The position numbers and the translations under genes were made by a program. From Candidatus Poribacteria bacterium (GTDB taxonomy: Bacteria > Poribacteria > WGA-4E > WGA-3G), in assembly GCA_965205025.1 (NCBI GenBank), contig CBDBFU010000015.1, positions 413,501-477,500 of the forward strand: 64,000 bases of DNA. Reading direction: 5' to 3'. A model generated the notes under the pieces. It saw nothing but the letters and a program-made list of their open reading frames with translations. It was not told the origin of the DNA and ran no database searches. Positions 10,789 to 21,919 of this stretch are shown here, piece by piece (within the stretch, counting starts at the first letter, position 1; the number at the start of each line of letters is the position of its first letter).

Positions 10789-13700
10789 CTATTTCAAATC
10801 TGCCCATTGCGTTATCATTTTCCCTTTGGCAGAAATCAAACCCCGCAAGCGCGTTGTCGTCAGCGTTTTATGCACACCAGCATAAGACACATCTTCTATT
10901 TGATAGTAGTAGACAGTGTTAGGTTTCGCGGTGGTATCCATCCACGTATATTCAGTGCGTTCACCCGTTGTACCTGTGCCTTGGATAAGTTTGGTATTAA
11001 CTCGCTGAAACTTGCCTGCCTTTGTTTGACTTCGGTAGATGTAAAACCCCGCATTGTCTACCTCTGATTCAGTTGTCCAGTTGATGACAACACCGTCAGG
11101 TGTATGCTCCGCTGTGAAACTCGACAGCGTCACAGGGAGTGGCGTACCCTTGCGATACCCAGGATTACCCACATCCGTGGCATCTCCGTAATAGGTGATG
11201 ATTTTCGGTGGAACGGTTGCTGTGGACACCCACGCTGTGACCTGCCTACCATCCAAAGGCAGCCGTTTTTTGTATAACCGTCGAATAGATGCACGTTCGC
11301 CATCGTTCGTTTCACCGGATGGCAGCGTCCATGCAGGTATGTCTTTGGTGTGCGGGTAGCCATCTAAGTTGCCGACAGTATCCACGACGTTGCCGGTGTC
11401 ATCTGTGAGTTGTACCAGAAATCCGTCACTGCTGATCAGGCGAAACCGATTTGGCATGGGTGAAAAAGCCTTCGGGTGACGCTGAAACAGGTTGTAGGTG
11501 TGGTTATCAGGTAAATGCTTCGAATGCACACCGCGTGCGGTTATGAGCAGCGCTGTCTGGTTCGGTAACACATCAAACGCTTCAAGGGTCATAACAATCT
11601 GCTGATGTTCACCTTCTTGCCGCGTTTCAACGATGAGTTGATAACCTAATAGTTTAACCGAATCGGTAAAGGATGGATTATAGAGTTCAATCCACTGTGG
11701 CAAGGTTCGGGATCGGGTTTTTGTCTCAAACATTATCTCACTGATACTCAAGGCAACCGTTGGACTTGTACCGGGAACGATCTGATGCAAAAATAAGGGT
11801 GTAGAAATATCTGTCGGGTGTCCGTAATATGCGTTTATGCCAATGGCGACCGATACGGCAGACATCCATCCCGAAGCCTTTGTGCCTTTTAGCACATCAC
11901 CATCAAAACGACGCAGCAGTGAAAAGCGGTGTCCTTGTGGTGTCATACTATTGGGTAGCGTCCATGTCGGTTGATCATTTTTTGTGTCTTTATTACCATC
12001 AAGGTTGCCGACGCGGTCAACGACGCGTCCGGTAGGGTGTAGCAGTTTTAGAGAAAAACCCTCTGTACCGAAGATAGTGTTTTTGAGGTGTCGTCTGAAC
12101 GTATCTCGGTGTACTTCAGAAAGATCATAAACCCGTTCGGTTGGCAGTGCATCCGATCTTTCACCCTGCCCGGTCACCAAAAGTCCTGTCTGTTTCGGTG
12201 GCAGCACAAGGGTCTTGAGCGTTAGGGTAGCATGTCGATGTGTTCTGTCTGTCCGGGTTTCAACACCTAACTGCCAACCTTTCAAATCTACAGGTGTTTG
12301 AGACGCGTTATACAACTCTATCCATTGGGGAGATGCACCCGAGAAATCATACATGAGTTCTGTGATCCGGACCTCATCGGGTAAGGTCGGGTTGAAAACA
12401 ACCGCTGCTGCATTCGCGTTAGGGACGAATAGGGCATTCTCTCCATCATCAAGTGCGTTGGGGGCGGATCCGATACCCGGTGGCGATTGGATTTCTGTCC
12501 ATGCAGTGGCAAGATACCCGCGTTCGCGTATGTCTTTGCGCTGCCAAACACCTACCCAGTTCAACTCGGCTACAGGCACACTTGGACGATGTGTATCGGC
12601 AAGAGGCCAGACCCCCATATTGTTGTCAACAGTGTTTCGGAAATAACTACCCGCAACATCTTCAATCGACTCTGGGGTGCTGTTCTTCTCACGCGCATGC
12701 CGTAAGATCAGCAGAAAAGGTGTGTCCGGTAATTTCAAGTCAGGCGCAACAAAATACGGATACCGCGCGTCTGTCTCCTGCTCACTTGCAGCAATATCCA
12801 ACCCACTCGCAAGCCATGTCTCGCTTGGATCGGTGCTGGTAATTAACAACAGGCCTTGTGTAGGCAATATATAATCCGGGAAAGATACAATGTCCACATC
12901 TTGATCCACATACTCCCCCGTGCTCGTGACGATGCTGATTTCCCAATCTCTGAGTCTAACATCCATATCACATACATTCTTGAGTTCTATATAGTCGTTT
13001 GTGTCGTCAGAGGCATTGCGTATCTTGTTGAAAACAACATGGGACACCAAAGGCAGCACGGGTGAGGAATCCCGTAGGTAACCGGGTGTACCAAGACACA
13101 TCGACGCTGGGGCATGCCGATCATAACCGAGGTGCGCATGATACCCGCTCGGTATCCACGCAGCAGCAAGATACCCTGGCTGTTCTAAATGCTGACGCTG
13201 CCACGCACCGAATTGGGCTAACGGGGCTGTTGCTTCTGTCGGATTAGGCTTGTAGGAATGCGGATAAACTTCGGTGACGTCGTACAATACCGGCCAAAGA
13301 TAATTACCAACAACATCTTCAATCGTTCTTACGAAGTCTCCATCTTTCTCCTGCACATGTCGTAAAATCAGTAGATACGGTGTGCTTGGCAGCTTCAAGT
13401 CAGAAGCAACAAAATAGAGATGCTGCGCACCTTTCTGCTTTGCACCTGTAGCAATATTCAAACCGCCAGCAACCACCGTTTGACTCGGATCGGTGTTGGT
13501 AATTAACAACACACCACCCATCGACAATGTATAATCGGGGAACGATATTATGTCCGCATCTTGATTCGTATACTTACCCTCGCTTGTGACGATGCTGATT
13601 TCCCAATCTCTGAGCCGGACTCCCTCGCCACATACATTCTTCAGTTCTATCCAGTCGTTTGTGTCGTCAGAGGCATTGCGTATTTCGTTAAAAACAAGAC

Positions 13701-16700
13701 GATGTGCCACAGGTTGAGAAGGTGAAGGATCAAGCCGGTAACCGGGTGTGCCAAGACACGTCCATGCCGGAGCATGTCGATCATAACCGAGGTACGCATG
13801 ATAACCGCTCGGCACCCATGCAGCAGCAAGATACCCCGGCTGTTCCAAACGCTGACGCTGCCACGCACCAAATTGTGTCAACGGGGCTGTTTCCTCTGTC
13901 GAATACGCCGCTTCAAAGAAGGGATAAACTTCGGGACCGTCGGACAATACCTCCCAAAAATAATTGCCAGCAACATCCGCAATCGTCGAGGCTTTGTCTG
14001 CCCAGGTTGTGCGTTGTAAAATCAGCAGAAAAGGTGTGTCCGGCAACTTCAGACGTTTCGCAACGAAATATAGATGCTGCGCACCCGATTCCCGCGCACC
14101 TGTGGCGATATTCAACCCACTCGCAAGATGATTCTCGCTCGGATCCGTATTCGCAACTAACAACACACCCTGTGCAGGTAACACAAAGCCGGGGAGCGAC
14201 ACAATATCTATTTCGGCACCAGACTCGACTTTTTCAGTTGTGATAAGACGAATCTGCCATTCAGAGAGGTCAAGCGGGGTATTACACACGTTCTTCAGTT
14301 CTATCCAATCGTTGGTATCGTCCCAAAGGTTACCGATTTCGTTGAAGATTAAGGACTGTGTTTCCAGAGGAATAGGTGGACGCAGGGATGGCGGATAGTC
14401 TATAGGTGTGGGTTGTTCTACGGGTGGTTCTACAGGCGGTTGGACAGGTGGCTCTATCGGTGGCTCCACAGGTGGCTCAACGGGCGGGTCCACAGGTGGT
14501 TCTACGGGTGGCTCAACGGGCGGGTCCACAGGTGATTCGGGTTCTACAGGCGGGTCAACAGGGGGCCGGACAGGTGGGACTATGGGTTCGTCAACATCTG
14601 TCACGGTGACGATCAGTGTCTGGGTCGCTGTGAGTTCGCGATCCCCGACACCGCTTGTGGCGGTGAGGATTAATGTATAGACGTTGCTATTCGCTGCACT
14701 CCCCGGCATCTCAAAGTCAGGGGCAGTCTTGAAACGCAACATATCCGCCGGGGTGCTCGCACCACCGATCTCAAATAACGCAGCATCTGCACCACCCGTA
14801 ATCGCATACCCGGTAATCTCATCCTCCGCATCGGGGTCTTCCGCAATAATCGTGATAACCGCTGTTGTGTTCTCTGCAACATTCACTGCCGAGGCACTCC
14901 TGAAAACCGGCGGATGATTCACGGGTGCTGGCGGATCAGGTGGGGGGTCCGGTGGACGTGGTCCCGGAGGTGTTCGCGATAGGGTGCTGGCTGTCAGCAC
15001 ATTGCTCCCAGGTTCAATCTGACTCTCGCCTCGCAAGGCAAACAACTGGAAGTCATACGAGGTCCCCGGTTCAAGATCTAAATGGACAAAACTGAATCGA
15101 CGCGGCAATCGTCCAAGATCTGCGTGCTCCATCCAAGCACTCTCTGCACTTTTCTTAAAATAATATGCGTATGCCTGGGGTAAGGTGCCTGATACGTCAG
15201 CGATCCATTGGATGTGTGTATATCCGACATCATCGAGCGTAAGCGTAATAACAGGCGGTGCGACAGCCGTTGCCGTGAATGCTACCTTGAGTTCGTCATG
15301 TGAGGGTCCCGCTGCTTCTGCGCGTGTATTCTCAGGGACGATTGCCTCTACGGTGTGTGTCTCACCATCATTGCCGAGGGTGAACGTAAAGGATGACAAT
15401 CCATCGGCGCCCGTTCTTACGGGTTCCTCAGTTTCCGTTACCGTGCCATCGGGTGCGGTAACCTTCCACGTAACTGGTACACCCTCGAATTCCTCGTTTA
15501 CCTTTTCTGCTGTATAACGATTCCCGGGCCAGGCAGCTCGGTAATCCTCGAAAGTACTATAGGCAGACACGCGAAAGGTATGCCTGCTTTGAGGGTTCCC
15601 TACATGATGTTCCTGTTCCTCAGATCCTCTCCGAAGTCCAGGCACGACGGGGGAATACGCAACAACCCCTGGCATTGAAAAGTCCGTAATGAGGGCTGGA
15701 ATGTCTGTATAGATGGAGTCATAGTCCAGGTTCCAATTGAGCCTAACCTCAATACGGCTTTGGCTATCTTGATTTACTAACTTTCCACTCTCCATGAGTT
15801 CTACCAAGGGTGTGAGATCCTTCAGGAGCCAACCTCTGTCATCCTGTGCACCAGGTGGATCATGTATATGACGCACGGACAAATTTTCCATAGACGCACC
15901 TGCCGGTAAACGGTCCAGCACCGATAGGTCAGAGATACGCGTCCCATCAAGAATCAAGTAGGTCAGTGATGAGAAAGACGGAAGCACTTCTGCTAACCCC
16001 TCAGTCGTGATGTTGGTCGAATGGAGCCATAGGAGTTCTAAATTTGTTAAGTTTTTCAGTGCAGATATATCCGATATCTGGCTATTGCTCGTAAGATGCA
16101 GACCGTCTAACGCTGTGAGACTACCCAAGGGCGATATATCGGTAAGGAAATAATTGAACGTAAGGTCTAACTTTGTTAGTGCCGTGAGGCTGCTCAAGGG
16201 CGATATATCGCTAAAATGATTATATTGAAGATATAACTCTTTTAACGCCGTGAGGGTCCCCAAAATGGATAAATCTCTAATAGCCCAGACATTAAGCTTC
16301 AAATATTCCAATTTGGTTAACTTGGTGAGGAAGGATAGGTCTGCAGGTGTCGGCCCGTTGTAGTTTGCCTGAGTTAAGGGGCGCCCAGCGTAGAGAAGCG
16401 TCAGGTTTGTGAGATTACTAAGAGCCGATAGGTCCGTCATCAGGTTGAGATCCAGATCCAGAGATGTCAATTGGGTCAGACCACTGAGAGGCGATAGGTC
16501 CGAGATCTTATTCCGGGAAAGTTGCAGGCTGCCCATCCCGGTTGCGTGTTCAAGACCAGTGAGACTGCGAATGTTTTTGCTCCCCGCGGAGAGTTGTCCA
16601 GTCATCCCATTCATCTCAGCCTCGGTGATTGTGGCTCCCGAGCTCTTACCGAGTTTGGTTTCGATTGCAGCACGGAGGTTAGCATCGGGGATAGTTACAG

Positions 16701-16782
16701 GATCCATCGGTGCGGCATCAATGGGTAACACACTGCTCAGCATCAGTCCAAAACAACAAAATATACCGAAAAGAAATTTCAT
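10789..16782 (-). CDS. LRR/Ig/FN3/cadherin/Pro-rich/5x lamin-tail secreted protein (paralog 1)
   Basis: IPDANLR cap, 22-aa ISDLSPL LRRs, VAEN..DPD cadherin motif, PPVE repeats, five LTD motifs, C-term GKMITQW. Confidence 0.9.
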   Translation of the reverse strand: MKFLFGIFCCFGLMLSSVLPIDAAPMDPVTIPDANLRAAIETKLGKSSGATITEAEMNGMTGQLSAGSKNIRSLTGLEHATGMGSLQLSRNKISDLSPLSGLTQLTSLDLDLNLMTDLSALSNLTNLTLLYAGRPLTQANYNGPTPADLSFLTKLTKLEYLKLNVWAIRDLSILGTLTALKELYLQYNHFSDISPLSSLTALTKLDLTFNYFLTDISPLGSLTALDGLHLTSNSQISDISALKNLTNLELLWLHSTNITTEGLAEVLPSFSSLTYLILDGTRISDLSVLDRLPAGASMENLSVRHIHDPPGAQDDRGWLLKDLTPLVELMESGKLVNQDSQSRIEVRLNWNLDYDSIYTDIPALITDFSMPGVVAYSPVVPGLRRGSEEQEHHVGNPQSRHTFRVSAYSTFEDYRAAWPGNRYTAEKVNEEFEGVPVTWKVTAPDGTVTETEEPVRTGADGLSSFTFTLGNDGETHTVEAIVPENTRAEAAGPSHDELKVAFTATAVAPPVITLTLDDVGYTHIQWIADVSGTLPQAYAYYFKKSAESAWMEHADLGRLPRRFSFVHLDLEPGTSYDFQLFALRGESQIEPGSNVLTASTLSRTPPGPRPPDPPPDPPAPVNHPPVFRSASAVNVAENTTAVITIIAEDPDAEDEITGYAITGGADAALFEIGGASTPADMLRFKTAPDFEMPGSAANSNVYTLILTATSGVGDRELTATQTLIVTVTDVDEPIVPPVRPPVDPPVEPESPVDPPVEPPVEPPVDPPVEPPVEPPIEPPVQPPVEPPVEQPTPIDYPPSLRPPIPLETQSLIFNEIGNLWDDTNDWIELKNVCNTPLDLSEWQIRLITTEKVESGAEIDIVSLPGFVLPAQGVLLVANTDPSENHLASGLNIATGARESGAQHLYFVAKRLKLPDTPFLLILQRTTWADKASTIADVAGNYFWEVLSDGPEVYPFFEAAYSTEETAPLTQFGAWQRQRLEQPGYLAAAWVPSGYHAYLGYDRHAPAWTCLGTPGYRLDPSPSQPVAHRLVFNEIRNASDDTNDWIELKNVCGEGVRLRDWEISIVTSEGKYTNQDADIISFPDYTLSMGGVLLITNTDPSQTVVAGGLNIATGAKQKGAQHLYFVASDLKLPSTPYLLILRHVQEKDGDFVRTIEDVVGNYLWPVLYDVTEVYPHSYKPNPTEATAPLAQFGAWQRQHLEQPGYLAAAWIPSGYHAHLGYDRHAPASMCLGTPGYLRDSSPVLPLVSHVVFNKIRNASDDTNDYIELKNVCDMDVRLRDWEISIVTSTGEYVDQDVDIVSFPDYILPTQGLLLITSTDPSETWLASGLDIAASEQETDARYPYFVAPDLKLPDTPFLLILRHAREKNSTPESIEDVAGSYFRNTVDNNMGVWPLADTHRPSVPVAELNWVGVWQRKDIRERGYLATAWTEIQSPPGIGSAPNALDDGENALFVPNANAAAVVFNPTLPDEVRITELMYDFSGASPQWIELYNASQTPVDLKGWQLGVETRTDRTHRHATLTLKTLVLPPKQTGLLVTGQGERSDALPTERVYDLSEVHRDTFRRHLKNTIFGTEGFSLKLLHPTGRVVDRVGNLDGNKDTKNDQPTWTLPNSMTPQGHRFSLLRRFDGDVLKGTKASGWMSAVSVAIGINAYYGHPTDISTPLFLHQIVPGTSPTVALSISEIMFETKTRSRTLPQWIELYNPSFTDSVKLLGYQLIVETRQEGEHQQIVMTLEAFDVLPNQTALLITARGVHSKHLPDNHTYNLFQRHPKAFSPMPNRFRLISSDGFLVQLTDDTGNVVDTVGNLDGYPHTKDIPAWTLPSGETNDGERASIRRLYKKRLPLDGRQVTAWVSTATVPPKIITYYGDATDVGNPGYRKGTPLPVTLSSFTAEHTPDGVVINWTTESEVDNAGFYIYRSQTKAGKFQRVNTKLIQGTGTTGERTEYTWMDTTAKPNTVYYYQIEDVSYAGVHKTLTTTRLRGLISAKGKMITQWADLK

Positions 16783-16785
16783 TTT

Positions 16786-17041
16786 TCAAACCTCACTTTT
16801 ATAGTTCATCAGGTAATCTCCTTGTGTCGTGTCAACATATTTCAAAACAGCTGGATTATTATAGGCTACCAGCAGATTATAGCCAGCGACACCTTTACCA
16901 TCTGCCAAGTGAATATCAACTTCTATTTTTGGTAAAGTCACGTCGGTATCCCGTTTTAGGGATGCCACCATTTCAGAATAACTCAGTGACACCAAGCTAA
17001 TAACAAGATGGCTGTAAACAAGGCAAAAAATGTATTTTCAT
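16786..17041 (-). pseudogene. Truncated, frameshifted copy of the 5' part of the cohesin gene at 1-664
   Basis: DVTLPKIEVDIHLADGKGVAGYNLLVAY..LKYVDTTQGDYL nearly identical; RBS retained, frameshift in signal peptide. Confidence 0.85.
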
Positions 17042-17244
17042 GATTATGGTCTCCTTTGTAGACTATTGATATTTTATTCAGGATACACACGATTCCTTTT
17101 TGGGTCATTGTGTAATCTTTTTTCGTATCCATGGGTTCGTGGACGGATTAACGCTACCTATTCACAAGATAGATTCCCATTGCCACCAATCCAGTGCCTG
17201 CCAACAAACCGGAGGTCAGTTTATCGCCTAAAAACACATAACTA

Positions 17245-18149
17245 TAGTAAACTTTAGAATTAATGATACATGTTTATAACTTCATCAATGGTTATATCAG
17301 CATTGTATTCTCTGAGACGTTTGATATTCGCAAAGTCGTGTTCAATCGGGTTGTAGTCCGGTGAATAAGGTGGTAAAAACAATACCTCTGCTCCCGATGC
17401 TTCTATCAACTCACGCGTCCGAAGCGTCTTGTGGATCTTCGCATTATCAAGAACAACCACGTCTGAGACAGACAGCCGTGGACATAAATAGGCTTCAAGC
17501 CACGCATTGAAACACGCAGAATCGCAGCTTCCATCAAACAAACAAGGTGCCGTAAAAGTCGAACCGATACGCGCTGCGACCAGCGTCGTTGTTCGTGTTC
17601 TTGTGCCTGAGATCAAACCTAAGACACATTCACCTTTCGGGGCATAGCCATGACGCCTATAACTTTCAGCACGAAAACCGCATTCATCAACATAAACTAT
17701 CTTTTTACCAGCGGCGTGTTTCTCGGTGAGTGTCTGACGGTAGCCCCTCCGTTTCTCATCGCACCGCTCCTTATATCCGATTGTTTTTTTTTCGTGTGAT
17801 GCCGAGTTTCCGCAACCCATAGGCTATAGAAGACTCTGAAACACCGAAATGTGAGGCGCGTTCGTTTTGCGTCAAGTCTGGGAAATCAGCGACATGTTTT
17901 TTCAGTGCTGCCTCGTCAAGCACTCTCATGCTTTTGGGCCCCGGTTTTTGGGTCGAAAGCGGGTCTTCAGCGGCTAACCATCTATAAATCGTTGAACGAT
18001 TCAGAGAAAAACGACGGGCAGCTTCGGCTTTTTTCCCGCCAGCTTCAATAAAATCTAAAACGCGTTTGCGTAAATCTGTTGAATATGCCATAATAGACAC
18101 ATTCTACTACAAAATACAAAAAATGTCTCTTTAATTCTGATAGTCACTA
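17245..18149 (-). mobile_element. IS630-family insertion sequence
   Basis: TA duplication; imperfect IRs TAGTAAACTTTAGAATTAA / TTAATTCTGATAGTCACTA; MAYSTDLR HTH ORF + DDE ORF. Confidence 0.95.
17260..18091 (-). CDS. IS630 transposase, two ORFs joined by a frameshift at an A9 run (~17784-17792)
   Basis: YVDE, LDNA.IH, LPPYSPDYNPIE motifs. Confidence 0.9.
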
Positions 18150-19057
18150 TAAATAGAACACCCGATATCGGCATCAGGAAACTGAAGACGACCAATTTGT
18201 TTGCTTTATATGTTCTTAGCAACCATATCCATCCTAAAAGGCATAAACCTGTGAAAATCCAGCCTTGATAGATAAGACCCACCATACTTGCCAGCGTCCA
18301 TTTAACGGGCTGCCCTTGTTCAAAAAGATAGCTGAGTCCCAAAAAACACGGCAGGCTTAAACCTAACATCCATGCAAGAAGTCGATAGGGATAAATATCC
18401 TGAACGAAGATCTTTGCGAAGACAATACGGAGCGCGATGAAGCACGCTGCAAGTATGACAATTAGGTCACCGATGAGGGATTTCCCGCCATCTTGAAAGT
18501 CCGGGGCGACGGCTATAATAGTCCCACCGAATGCAATGAGCATTCCCAATATTTTTGTTACAGAAAGCCGCTGGTCGGGAAGGTAGAAATGCCCGAATAG
18601 AATCGTGAAAAGCGGATAGAGCGTAAAAAAAATAGTAGCTCGAGAGGCTGTTGTCAACTGCGTACCCACGTTCAAGGTAATTATGCGTAAGATGTAAAGT
18701 GCTGCAAGCACAAGCAGCCGCGGTACTTCCTTGAAACGTAATCGCATTGACATCCCAAAGTAGAACCCTAACCCCGCAACGACGACGAGTCCTAATAGAC
18801 ATTGGAAAAATGCCATTATTAGCGGTGGAAAACCCAGCAAACCGAGCTTAACAGCAAATGCCCCTCCACCCATGAAAAAAACAATAAGCAACATAAGGGC
18901 AACAGTCTTGCCTGAAGGGTCTTCGTTCCGAAATTCTTTTTCAAGCATAAATGTAAATGAGTCCCGACAAGAGGGGCAATGTGCACCATTATTTCTGCGG
19001 TGCAGGTATAAAAGAAAACCTGCTTGCTACCATAATTATGGCAATCGCCTGTTTTGC

Positions 19058-19837
19058 CTACGGTTGTCCCGTGTTGATGTAATCTGAACGCAACTCAAAA
19101 CGATGTTGTTTCCAGTCCGCTGTTCGTGTGTCCAATTCAGCTTCAATCATCCTTATCTCTTCGATTTGCTCATAGGCATTGGCATCTGCTTGCGTGGCAA
19201 ATTCCAACGTAGCCAGCCGATGTGGTGTTTCATCATAATAGTTGTCATAAGAAGCATTCGCTTTCAACTCATCGGGAGTGATCAGTGTTGCCATAACCGA
19301 CTCAATCCAGTCAAGATAGGTTTGTTTCCCGCCCAAAGGATAGTCAATAAGATAGATGATTTTTATTTTCCAGTCGTCTACTGCTTCTTTGGAGTAGACA
19401 GAACGTTGTATGAATGTGAATGTCCGAGCATTGCTTGTACCATCCGGTAGGTTTTCAAGAATAGCAGAGATCTCCGGACGGTTCAGATAACTTTCCGCAT
19501 CACTAAAACTGCCAAACTCAAACTCAACCATCCGGTCCGGACGCATGGATGAATCAAGATTGTCGTAAGACCTTATCCGAACAATCTCTTGCGGTGCCTG
19601 CAGTGTTGATGCAACCGAGGCTACCCACTCAAGATAAGTTTCCTTACCACCCGCTGGATAGTCAGCGAACATGACTAACTTCACTGGTGTCGATTCCATA
19701 TCAAGTGATGACATACTTGGGGTTTTTGATGGCATGCTATCAATGAGCACCTTTTGAGTCCGCTCACAACCCGTAAATACGACAAAACTCATGAAAAATA
19801 TAATAAACACTTTTGCAAACTTGAAAATCATCAACAT
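19058..19837 (-). CDS. Lipoprotein with two EthD-like alpha/beta barrel repeats
   Basis: Lipobox FTGC; duplicated DYP.GGK.TYL.W...SYDN...P.R...EF. Confidence 0.6.
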   Translation of the reverse strand: MLMIFKFAKVFIIFFMSFVVFTGCERTQKVLIDSMPSKTPSMSSLDMESTPVKLVMFADYPAGGKETYLEWVASVASTLQAPQEIVRIRSYDNLDSSMRPDRMVEFEFGSFSDAESYLNRPEISAILENLPDGTSNARTFTFIQRSVYSKEAVDDWKIKIIYLIDYPLGGKQTYLDWIESVMATLITPDELKANASYDNYYDETPHRLATLEFATQADANAYEQIEEIRMIEAELDTRTADWKQHRFELRSDYINTGQP

Positions 19838-19882
19838 AACTCCTTTGATTGTTTTTGGCGTTATTCGTAGGTTCCTAATACA

Positions 19883-19908
19883 GTAGAGGCAAGTTTCCTC
19901 ACCTCTAC
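19883..19908 (-). terminator. GAAA-tetraloop hairpin after the stop codon
   Basis: GUAGAGGUGAG-GAAA-CUUGCCUCUAC. Confidence 0.5.
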
Positions 19909-19919
19909 ATTATTCGGTA

Positions 19920-21905
19920 TTACTCATCTTCCCCATTGGGAGCTTCTGGTATTTCTTCAGGGGCAGGTGGTTGTGGCACCTCCGGTTCCCCCGTGAGAGG
20001 CGTTTCCAGATCAGAAAAATCAACAATGGCAACGGTAATCTCTTTCGCCCCGGTAACAATGAACCCCTTGATGATGATTTCTTTTTCAATCGGTTCGGGT
20101 GGCTCTACATCTTCAGGGAATGGTATATCATCTTCCTCTGGGAAAACAAAATCTTCAGGAAGTTGCGGTATATCAACACCTGCGTCAAATGGTCCCCAGT
20201 CATCAAATAGGAAATCATCACCAAACCCGGCTGGAGATAGCGTGATAGTAATGAGACCCTGTTCTATCTGATTTTCTTCCATCTGTTTGATGAAATCCTC
20301 AAGGGTTTCAGGCAGACGGGGTTCTTCAATGGGTTCATCATCAAAGAAACTGTTGTCTATAAATAAAAAGTCATTTTCGTTGCTGGTAGCAACACGCAAC
20401 TGTGCATCACCTATAGGAAAGTCTTGCGGAATATCAAGCGTTACTTCTCGTTGGAGCGTCCGTTCTCCCTGTGCAGCACTCCAGTGTGGAAGTAGCACGA
20501 CCTTGAACGTGGCAGTTTCACCGGGGATAATGACTTCGGGGACAATCACATCGTGAACAGCTGCGCGCATGACAATAGGAGTTTCGGTAACCGAAATAGA
20601 CACCTCCGCTACCGTCGCCCTTTCTGCGTTATTCGCGAACATATTTGTGAAAGAATAGATAACCGAGTCAACGTTTAATAATGTATCAAGAAAAAGTTCT
20701 GGTGATGCGACACGATAGGATTTCGTATAAGTTTTTTCTGTTTCTTTGAATCGGAGCGTGATCGTGCCGTCCACAGTACCGGGACTGTTCTCTTGCCGTA
20801 TCGTATCCACCGTAACAGTGGCGACAATAGCGATGAACGCTTCTTGCCCATAGGCAACTTCGTGATGTTTCTCTACGACCACACCATCATCAATTTGATA
20901 ACTAACCTTCACCGGTATCATCTCTGGCAACACACCAAGCTGTCCAACAATTGCGGGTGTCAAATCTTTGGTGATCATGCCGATAGGATTACCAAAGGCA
21001 GCTGCAGATTTATAGGATGCCTCTAAGTTTGGAACGATCCCGCGAACGACGGCTCTATACACCGGCAATGATGCTTGTCCATCCCCATTCATCGGGTGAC
21101 CGAAAGCAACAAACTTATCATCATAGACCTGTGTCACCGTGCCAAACCCGATCGAGTTGACAACATCACCTCGCGTAACAGCGACACCAATCATATCACC
21201 AGCAGCAAGCCCGGTTGTGTTGTGAACGGGTGCGTCTACCGTGCCACCGGCATCCGAAAATATCTCAATGAAATCATAACGAGACCCTTTCAGATGTGAA
21301 GCAAGTTGCTGAAGCCGATGCGGTTGTATCCCCGTAATCATCAATGGTGTTTTTACAGGCGTATACACTGAGTTTATTTTACCTGACGGTGCAGCGGGTA
21401 CATGTCGCGCATCCAGCAAATCACCAAAGGTTTGATGCGTTATCGTGGCGTCCATCGCACCAATCGAAGTGACCAAAAATCGGTGGGGTGTCCCAGCAAA
21501 ACTCTCGCCGTAAGCCAACGCCCCCATAATACGTCCAGGCGGTCCCACAGGGCTGCCTGACATGCCTTTCGCTATACCACCCATCGCCTGAGCATCCGCA
21601 TCGGCAAGTTCACATTCATAAAGCGGAAAACCGAGACCTAAATCCCGCACACCGCGAAAACGCGCATCAAGCGTCACGCGTCCCGTGCCTTCAATAACAG
21701 TTACAATTTGAACATACGTTTTATCTGCTAACGTAGCCGCTTCCGCTGCATACATATTTTCAAACACCACATCATCACCAAGCGGTGCCGCAGACAATTC
21801 AAGTGGCGCATCAAGATCCGTTGGATTTTCTAAAACTTCGTCTGAAGAACAGCCGATAACACATAACATTATGGCAATGCCAATAAACACAAAATAGTTT
21901 TTCAT
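19920..21905 (-). CDS. SpoIVB/S55-like peptidase lipoprotein with acidic tail
   Basis: Lipobox VIGC; GIAKGMSGSPV, FVAFGHP. Confidence 0.8.
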   Translation of the reverse strand: MKNYFVFIGIAIMLCVIGCSSDEVLENPTDLDAPLELSAAPLGDDVVFENMYAAEAATLADKTYVQIVTVIEGTGRVTLDARFRGVRDLGLGFPLYECELADADAQAMGGIAKGMSGSPVGPPGRIMGALAYGESFAGTPHRFLVTSIGAMDATITHQTFGDLLDARHVPAAPSGKINSVYTPVKTPLMITGIQPHRLQQLASHLKGSRYDFIEIFSDAGGTVDAPVHNTTGLAAGDMIGVAVTRGDVVNSIGFGTVTQVYDDKFVAFGHPMNGDGQASLPVYRAVVRGIVPNLEASYKSAAAFGNPIGMITKDLTPAIVGQLGVLPEMIPVKVSYQIDDGVVVEKHHEVAYGQEAFIAIVATVTVDTIRQENSPGTVDGTITLRFKETEKTYTKSYRVASPELFLDTLLNVDSVIYSFTNMFANNAERATVAEVSISVTETPIVMRAAVHDVIVPEVIIPGETATFKVVLLPHWSAAQGERTLQREVTLDIPQDFPIGDAQLRVATSNENDFLFIDNSFFDDEPIEEPRLPETLEDFIKQMEENQIEQGLITITLSPAGFGDDFLFDDWGPFDAGVDIPQLPEDFVFPEEDDIPFPEDVEPPEPIEKEIIIKGFIVTGAKEITVAIVDFSDLETPLTGEPEVPQPPAPEEIPEAPNGEDE

Positions 21906-21919
21906 TTTGCTCCTTTTTT

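Larger units (their letters stand above)
17154..18948 (-). pseudogene. EamA/DMT transporter interrupted by IS630
   Basis: Removing the IS and one TA restores ...GVLFSYVFLGDKLTSGLLAGTGLVAMGIYLVNR* (295 aa). Confidence 0.9.

Noticed and set aside
14408-14680. Plus-strand GGST-repeat ORFs (also 38409-38930) and other antisense ORFs
   Set aside because: Antisense shadows of PPVE linkers and real genes
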